A DNA stretch of 58,249 bases, from positions 1 through 58,249 of the forward strand of contig JAHFIK010000002.1 of the NCBI GenBank assembly GCA_023246415.1, read 5' to 3'. The DNA is from Candidatus Uhrbacteria bacterium. Its GTDB lineage: Bacteria > Patescibacteriota > Patescibacteriia > 2-12-FULL-60-25. Under the pieces are notes generated by a model. It worked only from the letters and a program-made list of their open reading frames with translations, did no database searches and had not been told where the DNA came from. Of this stretch, positions 1 to 7,685 are shown piece after piece; position 1 is the first letter of the stretch, and every line of letters starts with the position of its first letter. The position numbers and the translations under genes were made by a program.

Positions 1-2
1 CA

Positions 3-371
3 TCGTGGCAGCTGACGAATACGATTGGTCATATCGCGGCGTACCTTGGAAATAAGATGCGCGAGCCATTTGATACCGGCGCGTATTACGTTTCAAAAGA
101 CGGTCTGAATTTTCCGCGGAATTCACAATTTCCCATCGTGACGTTGCGGGCAACGAAAGAGCAGCTGGCGGATCTCTTGCGTCAACTGCGAGATTCGGAT
201 TTGCTCTGGATTGCATATGTTCAGGGGATGATTGATATGGAGGATGATGAGGAGCTTGCGGTGTCGCTACAGGCGATTCCATCTGAAGAAATGGATGTCC
301 TGGGCATTGGGATGTTTGGATCAAAAGAGCGGCTAAAAGGATTAACAGGCGGATTGAAACTATATAAATAA
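3..371 (+). CDS. DUF2000-family protein (PTH2-like fold), 5' partial
   Basis: The frame is open from the window start (SWQLTNTIGHIAAYLG...). It continues into ORF 57..371 with PIVTL and the C-terminal LGIGMFG..LKGLTGGLKL pattern typical of DUF2000. Confidence 0.6.
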   Translation, partial: SWQLTNTIGHIAAYLGNKMREPFDTGAYYVSKDGLNFPRNSQFPIVTLRATKEQLADLLRQLRDSDLLWIAYVQGMIDMEDDEELAVSLQAIPSEEMDVLGIGMFGSKERLKGLTGGLKLYK

Positions 372-379
372 CGATCGGT

Positions 380-646
380 ATGGCCATCATCAAAAAGAAA
401 ATTTGGCTTGGGTATTTCGATGATCTTGTGTCTGGGAAAAAGACGTTTGATTTGCGTTTGAATGATTTTGATGTGGCTGTCGGCGATACGCTGGTGCTTG
501 AGGAATGGGACCCTCAGGCGGAGACGTGTACGGGTCGTTCTATCGAGAAGACGGTAACGTATATTCTGCGTGGAAAGATCGATGAGCTATTCTGGACGAA
601 AGAAGAAATTCTGGAGAAGGGGATTCAGATTCTTTCACTTAAATAA
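380..646 (+). CDS. DUF3850/ASCH (PUA-like) domain protein
   Basis: KIW..YFDDLVSGKKTFDLRLNDFD..VGDTLVLEEWDP matches the ASCH GxKxxExR-like motif. Confidence 0.8.
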   Translation: MAIIKKKIWLGYFDDLVSGKKTFDLRLNDFDVAVGDTLVLEEWDPQAETCTGRSIEKTVTYILRGKIDELFWTKEEILEKGIQILSLK

Positions 647-647
647 T

Positions 648-983
648 ATGAACGAACATGAATCGAAACTGGTTTTGAAAGAGCGGCCAACGCTCGCAGA
701 TCTCCAGCAGTATGTGAAAGAGATGGAGATTGAGCGCGGATTTGACCACGAGTCGGTCCTGCAACAATGTTTGTTATTGGGAGAGGAAGTTGGGGAGTTG
801 TATAAGGCGATTCGGAAGACGCAGGGGGTGAAGATGGACGTGACGGTCGCAGAATCGAATATCGGTCATGAAATGGCAGATGTCCTAATCTATCTTTGTG
901 CACTCGCGAATCGCTACGGAATTGATCTTGAGGAGATGTTTCGGAAGAAGGAAGCGATTAATAAAACGCGGACGTGGAATTGA
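648..983 (+). CDS. MazG-like all-alpha NTP pyrophosphohydrolase (RS21-C6/dCTPase type)
   Basis: LGEEVGEL..AIRK, EMADVLIYL..LANRYGIDL and K..IN..R motifs. ATG at 648 follows the upstream stop. Confidence 0.85.
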   Translation: MNEHESKLVLKERPTLADLQQYVKEMEIERGFDHESVLQQCLLLGEEVGELYKAIRKTQGVKMDVTVAESNIGHEMADVLIYLCALANRYGIDLEEMFRKKEAINKTRTWN

Positions 984-1074
984 AAGGGAAGCGGGAAGCA
1001 GAGATCGGGAAGCAGAATTTGAAGAAACTGCTTTAGAGCCCTGCTTCCCGCTCATCGCTTCCCGTTTCCCCTTT
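983..1074. repeat. Imperfect ~33-bp inverted repeat built from CGGGAAG-like 7-mer units
   Basis: Arm 983-1015 (aaagggaagcgggaagcagagatcgggaagcag) matches the reverse complement of 1041-1074 (aaaggggaaacgggaagcgatgagcgggaagcag). Confidence 0.7.
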
Positions 1075-1108
1075 ACCGTTCTCTCTTTCCCCTCTAAGCT
1101 TTCTCTAC

Positions 1109-2050
1109 ATGAAAATCGTCTGTTTTGGCGGCGGCACGGGCCTCCCATCGCTTCTTTCGGGTTTGAAGACGAACCCGTGGATTGAGGCGACGGCCATCGT
1201 GAGTATGTTCGACTCTGGAGGAAGCTCCGGGGTGCTTCGCGATCGATATGGGATCCTTCCACCGGGCGACATTATGCGGTGCATGCTGGCGCTTTCCGAA
1301 GACGAGAAGACGGCACGTAAGATCTTGCTGAAGCGAATTAATCACACGCTTGTCCCGGGGCATACGGGTGGAAATCTGTTGCTGTACGCATTGGAAAGCG
1401 TATACGGATCATATCCGGCGGCCGTGGATGCACTCGGGCAGATTCTTTCAATTAAGGGGACTGTGATTCCGGTTTCACTTGAAGCCTCGTCGCTCTGCGC
1501 GCGATATGAAGACGGAAGCAAGGCGTGCAACGAAGTTGAGGTGGATGACGGGTTGAAAAACGGGAAAGGGATCTCAGCGGTGATGCTCGAACCATCCGCG
1601 ACGGCATACGCACCTGCGTTCGAAGCGATTCGAACGACGGACGCGATCTGCATTGGTCCGGGGAGTTTCTACACGAGTATTCTTCCAAACTTTTTGCCGA
1701 TTGGGATCAGAGAGGTGATTGCGGCAACGCGCGTTCCGGTGATCTTTATTTCAAATCTCCTCACCGAAGGAAAAGGGATGGAGGACATGAGTGTTTCAAA
1801 GATGGTTGCGATGCTCGAATCGTATATCGGACGACCCGTCACGAACGTCATTATGAATAGCGCGGTCCCGGGACAGGAGCTGATTGATCGCTACGCGAGT
1901 GAAGGGAAGACGATTCTCTCGCTCGGTGACGCCGCGTTACTTGGGAACCGCGTGCTATCTGCGCCGATTTGGACGGATTTGGAAATCGCACGTCACGATT
2001 CTGAAAAACTTGCGCAACTCGTGTACGCCCTTGCGGGGAAAATCATTTAA
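1109..2050 (+). CDS. yvcK: YvcK/CofD-like (UPF0052) UDP-GlcNAc-binding protein
   Basis: GGGTG, DSGGSSG.LR, PPGD, GH..GNL, GPGS.YTSILPN and RHD motifs. Confidence 0.9.
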   Translation: MKIVCFGGGTGLPSLLSGLKTNPWIEATAIVSMFDSGGSSGVLRDRYGILPPGDIMRCMLALSEDEKTARKILLKRINHTLVPGHTGGNLLLYALESVYGSYPAAVDALGQILSIKGTVIPVSLEASSLCARYEDGSKACNEVEVDDGLKNGKGISAVMLEPSATAYAPAFEAIRTTDAICIGPGSFYTSILPNFLPIGIREVIAATRVPVIFISNLLTEGKGMEDMSVSKMVAMLESYIGRPVTNVIMNSAVPGQELIDRYASEGKTILSLGDAALLGNRVLSAPIWTDLEIARHDSEKLAQLVYALAGKII

Positions 2051-2056
2051 CATGCA

Positions 2057-2089
2057 CAAACCCCTCAGTCCGGTAAGACGAGGGGTTTG
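2057..2089. terminator. Stem-loop downstream of yvcK, between convergent ORFs
   Basis: caaacccctc ... gaggggtttg 10-bp inverted repeat directly after the yvcK stop. Confidence 0.55.
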
Positions 2090-2113
2090 AGACGGGAACG
2101 AACGGATTGAACG

Positions 2114-2527
2114 CTATCGAACTTCGTACAACGGACGATAGGAATGTGAGCGATTACGATGCGGCTTTTTGCTATTGCCGCCAGCGACAGCAACGCTTCG
2201 GAGCGGCTGTTGCGGTTGCTTTTTTGCCGCTAGCGACGCACGTCGACGTTCTTCTGATTCGATGTGAGCGGCTTGTTCTGCCGTGACGTACTCTCCACGG
2301 TGGAGAAAACGAGACGTTGAGCTGTTTTTGTAAACGATTTCAACGGGCACGTGATATTCCTTCTGCTGAGGAGGGCTCAGCGGTTTCAGAGGGTTGAGAT
2401 CATCGGTCTGACGTTTCAATGCATTAAAACGTGAGATCGATGATCTCGTCGAACTCCCTCTCAGCGCCCCATGAGGCATCGGGCGTTGAGCGGAAGTGGG
2501 GAGTGTTGAGAAGACACTCCCCACCAC
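2114..2527 (-). CDS. Hypothetical basic protein (start uncertain)
   Basis: Longest ORF in the gap. It ends next to the shared hairpin and has no recognisable motif. Confidence 0.35.
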   Translation of the reverse strand: MVGSVFSTLPTSAQRPMPHGALRGSSTRSSISRFNALKRQTDDLNPLKPLSPPQQKEYHVPVEIVYKNSSTSRFLHRGEYVTAEQAAHIESEERRRASLAAKKQPQQPLRSVAVAGGNSKKPHRNRSHSYRPLYEVR

Positions 2528-2862
2528 GAAGATCTCTTTCGCTTCGGGCCAAGCGTTCGAGGTGAGATCATCCCCGTCAATTTATGAACGATCCGCGCGA
2601 ATTGAGTAAACACGCGGAATGTCTTCCGTTGGTTACATGTCGTCCTCACTTCGAAAAAGGTGAATGCCAGGCGTTTGAGCTGTGAGACAGGCGGTCAAAC
2701 GCAGTGATGTTGGAGAAACAATCAACGCCATGTCGGTTTGCTGGGGAAATCCGGGCATCCCTTCATTTTGTGCAGACAGATTAGCAAAAAACAGCTAATT
2801 TGTCAAGGCTGGTTGCTAGTAAGAATAGCGTGATTCTTCGATCGCCCGGTTGCTGAAAAACC

Positions 2863-2894
2863 CAACAATCAAGCAATCTAGCAATCAAACAATC
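2863..2894 (+). repeat. Degenerate 8-mer tandem repeat (NARCAATC) x4
   Basis: caacaatc aagcaatc tagcaatc aaacaatc upstream of secD. Confidence 0.6.
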
Positions 2895-2993
2895 CACTAC
2901 GCGTTGGAGACAGTATATTGCAGAGGGTTGTGGATGTGTCTGACCTTGCGTTTTCCTCTCATTTAACGCTACACTCCAGCGCGACTTCACTCT

Positions 2994-5045
2994 ATGGCAC
3001 GAAATACACGCTCCAAAGGACCAGCCTCAAAAACGACGCTGCTCCGACGGCTCGGTCTCCTGACCGTGCTCTTCCTCGTTGCTGGTTCGATCTCGTATCC
3101 GCAAGGAGCGAATTGGATCGTCGATCGATTTAATCAGCTGACCACCTTAAAGGTCGGACATGTAAATAAGCCAGTCGTGCTCGGTCTCGACTTGCAGGGC
3201 GGAACACGCCTTGAATACGAAGCAGATCTGACAAAGATCGCAGACAGCGAGCGTTCCTCGGCAATGGATGGAATCCGGGACGTGATCGATCGTCGCGTGA
3301 ACGCGATGGGGGTATCAGAACCGTTGGTGCAGACGACGAAGAATGGAAATCAGTGGCGCCTCACGGTGGAACTTGCCGGCGTGCGCGATATTAAACAGGC
3401 GATTCAGATGATTGGTGAAACGCCAACGTTGGATTTCCGCGTGCAGAATCCGGATGCGAATCGTCCTCCAACAGATGCGGAGTATAAGAAGGTTGCGGAT
3501 GAAAATGCATCACGCAAAGCAAAAGCGCAGGCCGTGCTTGATCAGGTGAAGAAAGGGGATTCCCTGGAAACGATTGCAAGCAAGACGAGTGAGGATACGG
3601 ATTCTGCTCAAAAAGGCGGTGATCTCGGATGGGTGTTGGATCAGAGTCAGTACGCGAAACTCGTAGAAGTCTTCCGCGATCAGCAGCCAGGTCTGTACCC
3701 GCAAGTCATTGATGATGGCGCGAATTTCTACATCGCAGATCTCCTTGAAAAGAAAGCGGCGGGTCAGGAAGTTCAGGCATCGCACATCCTCGTCCAGTGG
3801 AAAGGTGCAGAGCAGAGCTCGTCGACCTCCACAAAGGAACAGGCGCTCGCAAAGATTAAAGAGATCCAGTCAAAGGTGAATTCCGGAAATTTTGATGAGA
3901 TGGCAAAGAAATATTCCGAAGAACCGGGGGCAGATAAGAGCGCCGGAGATTTGGGATGGTTCCGAAAAGGGATGATGGTTCAGCCATTTGAAGATGCGGC
4001 ATTCAAGTTGAAGAGCGGCGAAGTTTCCGGAATTGTGGAGACACCGTTCGGATACCACATCATCAAAGTCACCGGGATTCGTGATGTCTTCGATGCGCAT
4101 GTCCGCGCCGCGATCTATCATCAACAGAAGATCTCCGATATCGTGAACACGGATCCGTGGAAGCGCACCGAACTTACCGGAAAGCAGATTAAGCGTGCCA
4201 CGTTGGATTTTGATCAGCGTACGGGTGCCTCACAGGTGTTGATCTCGTTCAACGACGAAGGAGCAAAACTGTTCGATCAGCTCACGAAAGAGAACGTTGG
4301 CAAGCAGATCGCAATTTACCTCGACGGAAAGCCGATCAGTATCCCAACCGTTCAGGTTGAAATTCCAAGCGGCGAAGCCGTGATCTCTGGGAATTTCACA
4401 GTCGATGAAGCGAAGCTGCTCGCACAGCGGTTGCAAGCGGGTGCGCTTCCGGTGCCGATCAATCTCATCGCGCAGCAGTCCGTGGGCCCAACGCTCGGGT
4501 CGCAATCTGTTCAGGATTCACTCAAGGCCGGGTTGATTGGATTCGCACTCGTGTTCTTGTTCATGTTGCTGTACTACCGACTCCCTGGACTCTTGGCGGA
4601 TTTCGCCCTGGTCTTCTATGTTGCGCTCGTGATCGCGATCTTTAAATTGATTCCAGTGACGCTCACGCTCTCAGGGATTGCCGGCTTCATTCTTTCAATG
4701 GGAATCGCGGTGGACGCGAACGTCCTTGTCTTTGAACGTCTCAAAGAAGAATACGCGACCGGAAAGCCAACCGGTCAGGCAATTGATGAGGCGTTTAAAC
4801 GGGCCTGGACAAGTATTCGTGATGGAAACATGACGACGCTTATCTCCTGTGCCGTGTTGTACATGTTCACCTCGTCTCTGGTGAAAGGCTTCGCGCTCAC
4901 GCTCGGGATTGGTGTGTTGATTTCCATGTTCACCGCCATCTCCGTGGCGCGCACGCTCTTGAAGCTTGTGGCGGGAACAAAATTCGCCAGCAAGATGCCG
5001 TGGCTGATGCTTAAACCGCGTTCGAACGAAAAAGAAACCGTATGA
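2994..5045 (+). CDS. secD: Protein translocase subunit SecD with inserted parvulin (PpiC) PPIase domains
   Basis: SecD motifs LGLDLQGG, RRVN..GVSEP, AIYLDG, GALPVP, SVGPTLG, GIAVDANVLVFER, GFALTL. The insert contains GGDLGW, ASHIL, SEEPG, PFEDAAF and VETPFGYHIIK. Confidence 0.95.
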   Translation: MARNTRSKGPASKTTLLRRLGLLTVLFLVAGSISYPQGANWIVDRFNQLTTLKVGHVNKPVVLGLDLQGGTRLEYEADLTKIADSERSSAMDGIRDVIDRRVNAMGVSEPLVQTTKNGNQWRLTVELAGVRDIKQAIQMIGETPTLDFRVQNPDANRPPTDAEYKKVADENASRKAKAQAVLDQVKKGDSLETIASKTSEDTDSAQKGGDLGWVLDQSQYAKLVEVFRDQQPGLYPQVIDDGANFYIADLLEKKAAGQEVQASHILVQWKGAEQSSSTSTKEQALAKIKEIQSKVNSGNFDEMAKKYSEEPGADKSAGDLGWFRKGMMVQPFEDAAFKLKSGEVSGIVETPFGYHIIKVTGIRDVFDAHVRAAIYHQQKISDIVNTDPWKRTELTGKQIKRATLDFDQRTGASQVLISFNDEGAKLFDQLTKENVGKQIAIYLDGKPISIPTVQVEIPSGEAVISGNFTVDEAKLLAQRLQAGALPVPINLIAQQSVGPTLGSQSVQDSLKAGLIGFALVFLFMLLYYRLPGLLADFALVFYVALVIAIFKLIPVTLTLSGIAGFILSMGIAVDANVLVFERLKEEYATGKPTGQAIDEAFKRAWTSIRDGNMTTLISCAVLYMFTSSLVKGFALTLGIGVLISMFTAISVARTLLKLVAGTKFASKMPWLMLKPRSNEKETV

Positions 5046-5935
5046 CCGTCTATAAACTTCGTGCCATCTGGTACACCCTTTCGAGTACACTCGTCCTCGG
5101 ATCGCTCATCGCATTCGCCATCTTCGGACTGAAAGTCGGAATCGATTTCACTGGCGGATCCATGATGGCGCTTCGGTTCGGCGGAGATCGTCCGTCTGCC
5201 ATTGAAGTCGAGCGGTCATTGGATGGGATGGATCTCGGATCGATCATTGTTCAGCCGGTTGGGGATCATGATGCGAACATTCGAATGAAAACGCTGACGG
5301 AAGCGCAGCACGCGGAAGTGTTGAAGAAATTCTCAGATACGTTCAAAGATGTCTCAGAACTTCGGTTTGATGCGATTGGTCCAGCGATTGGGGCTGAGCT
5401 TCGGACGAAAGCGATTGAGGCATTGATCGTTGCGCTGTTAGCCATTCTTGCATATATCGCCTTCTCCTTCCGAAAAGTGAGTGTGCCGGTTCAGAACTGG
5501 AAGTACGGAATGATCACGGTGTTGACGGCCTTTCACGATACGATTGTTCCGGTTGGCGTGTTCGTGATTCTTGGGAAGTGGGCGAATTGGGAGGTGGATA
5601 CGACATTCGTGGTCGCCTTGCTGACGATTCTTGGATACTCCATTAACGATACGATCGTGGTCCTTGACCGTGTGCGCGAAAACCTTCACCGGATGAGCGG
5701 GTCATTCGAGGACATTGTGGACGTCTCATTGCGCCAAACATACGTTCGATCGCTCAATACAACGTTTGCAACGCTGTGTGGCATTATCGCGGTCTATTTC
5801 TTCGGGGGCGCCTCTCTGAAACCATTCGCACTCGCGCTTGGGATTGGAATCGCAACGGGTGCCTATTCATCGATTTTTATCGCTCCACCGCTCCTCGTGA
5901 CGTGGGAGAAGTTCGCCCGACGGAAGAAACAGTAA
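5042..5935 (+). CDS. secF: Protein translocase subunit SecF
   Basis: GIDFTGG, HD, GYSINDTIVV.DR.REN, RSLNT and GAYSS motifs. ATGA overlap with secD. Confidence 0.95.
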   Translation: MTVYKLRAIWYTLSSTLVLGSLIAFAIFGLKVGIDFTGGSMMALRFGGDRPSAIEVERSLDGMDLGSIIVQPVGDHDANIRMKTLTEAQHAEVLKKFSDTFKDVSELRFDAIGPAIGAELRTKAIEALIVALLAILAYIAFSFRKVSVPVQNWKYGMITVLTAFHDTIVPVGVFVILGKWANWEVDTTFVVALLTILGYSINDTIVVLDRVRENLHRMSGSFEDIVDVSLRQTYVRSLNTTFATLCGIIAVYFFGGASLKPFALALGIGIATGAYSSIFIAPPLLVTWEKFARRKKQ

Positions 5936-5946
5936 GCATTCAGGAA

Positions 5947-6008
5947 GAAGCCATGTCGCCACGAAACAATCCCGAGCGTTCCGGATTGTTTCACGGCAAC
6001 ATGGCTTC
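5947..6008 (+). terminator. Long imperfect hairpin after secF
   Basis: gaagccatgt..gaaacaatcc / ggattgtttc..acatggcttc arms. There is no strong U-tract. Confidence 0.5.
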
Positions 6009-6063
6009 GCAATTTTCAAAGATATCGCTTGTTCAGGATGGGGCTTGCCGGATTTGAGGTTTA

Positions 6064-6092
6064 TCGACTGAGCCACGCAAGACTGCTACATT
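6064..6092 (+). promoter_or_regulatory. Putative sigma70 promoter (leaderless) for the CDS at 6099
   Basis: TCGACT-N17-TACATT with an extended TG. ATG lies 6 nt downstream of the -10. Confidence 0.4.
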
Positions 6093-6098
6093 ATTTCT

Positions 6099-7496
6099 AT
6101 GGCCGCGGACCAACTTCTTTTTAACGCGGATGCGGGCGGGGGCGCTACGCAGAATGTTGTTTCCAGTGTTTCGAATTTCGACCTGACGAATTTAGCGGCG
6201 GGTTTTTCGTCGTTTTTGGATCGGGCGGGAAACGATCCGATCAATGCCATGATTTGGATTTTCCTGCACGGCGGGTGGATTGTTTTGATTTTTCTCGCTT
6301 TTTTCGCCGCGCGGATTTTGTGGCTCGACTCGCGGCAGGGGGCATTTGCCGCAAAACGGCGTTTTGTCCTCCTCGCCATTGATGTCCCAAAGGTCTCTGA
6401 ACAGACGGTGAAGGCCGTTGATAACATGTTTGCGCATCTTGCGGGTGCGCATTCGCCGGCGTCATTTTTAGAGAAGTGGTGGGAGGGGAAGACGCAGGAT
6501 ACGCTCACGTTTGAAATCGTCTCGATTGAAGGTCACATCCAGTATCTGATTCGGGTGATCGATAAATTGCGAGATTTGGTGGAAGCGAGTATCTACGCGC
6601 AATATCCAGACGCGGAAATCACGGAAGTGGAAGACTATACCTCGCTTGCGCCTTCGCATTATCCAAATGACTCGCATGAATGCTGGGGCGTTGAACTTGA
6701 GCCCGTGAAGAGCGACGTGTATCCACTCAAGTCCTACGAAGCCTTTGAGCATGGATTGACCGGCGAGTTCAAAGATCCGCTCGCGGTCATGCTTGAAGCG
6801 TTCTCGCGTCTCGGCGCTGGCGAGCAGTGCTGGTATCAGATCGTCATTACCCCGATTGCGCAGAAAGATTACGTTGCAAAAGCACAAAAAGAGATCATGA
6901 AGCTCGCTGGAAGAGAGCCGCCGGCCCCAAAGGAAACGATGGTTGATAAGATGCTGAAGGCACCCGTCAGTATCTTATCGAGCGCTGCGAGCATTATTAC
7001 CGGTCCCAGCGAGGCTCCAAAGAAAGAAAAGGATCCGTTTAGCGCCAAAATGATGTTGACGACGCCGGGTGAACGAAAAGTGATCGAGGCGATCGAGAAC
7101 AAGATGGCGAAGATTCAGTATCTTTGTAAAATTCGGTTCGTGTATATCGCGAAAAAAGAAGTCTTCTCAAAACCGAAAATTGCAGGGTCATTCCTTGGCG
7201 CAATCAAGCAGTTTAATACGAACGACATGCAGGCGTTGAAACCTGAGAGCAAGCGCGTGGGGATTTCGAGTACGCTCGTCTTTTTTAAGGCGCGTCGAAA
7301 CAATACGCGAAAAAATCGAATCGTCCTCGCGTATCAGACACGGTCGAACTGGCGCGGATTGGATTCGTTTCATCTCGCAACGGACGAACTGGCAACGCTC
7401 TGGCACCTCCCGGTCCTGCTCAATGTGAAGGCGCCACAGGTGAAGAAGACGGAAACGAAGAAGGTGGAACCGCCAAGCAACGTTCCGTTTGCGTGA
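6099..7496 (+). CDS. Membrane-anchored hypothetical protein, likely partner of the downstream coupling-protein-like ATPase
   Basis: One N-terminal TM segment. FEIVS..G.IQY, IYAQYPDAEI.E..DY, YPLKSY..F and ELATLWHLP resemble a pattern seen upstream of CPR TrwB-like ATPases. Confidence 0.75.
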   Translation: MAADQLLFNADAGGGATQNVVSSVSNFDLTNLAAGFSSFLDRAGNDPINAMIWIFLHGGWIVLIFLAFFAARILWLDSRQGAFAAKRRFVLLAIDVPKVSEQTVKAVDNMFAHLAGAHSPASFLEKWWEGKTQDTLTFEIVSIEGHIQYLIRVIDKLRDLVEASIYAQYPDAEITEVEDYTSLAPSHYPNDSHECWGVELEPVKSDVYPLKSYEAFEHGLTGEFKDPLAVMLEAFSRLGAGEQCWYQIVITPIAQKDYVAKAQKEIMKLAGREPPAPKETMVDKMLKAPVSILSSAASIITGPSEAPKKEKDPFSAKMMLTTPGERKVIEAIENKMAKIQYLCKIRFVYIAKKEVFSKPKIAGSFLGAIKQFNTNDMQALKPESKRVGISSTLVFFKARRNNTRKNRIVLAYQTRSNWRGLDSFHLATDELATLWHLPVLLNVKAPQVKKTETKKVEPPSNVPFA

Positions 7497-7685
7497 TCGA
7501 TGACGGCACGGTACGTTATCGCCATCACACTGAACGAGTTGGTCGGAAATCCTGGATGACAACAGCGATCGGAATATTAAAAATGAAAATAACGCGCCAC
7601 TGGCGCACCCGCCTCAGGCGGGGAACAGGGGATTTGCACGGCGAATCCCGGTGCGTACTTTGTTCTTCCAGTCCCTTCCCTCTAC

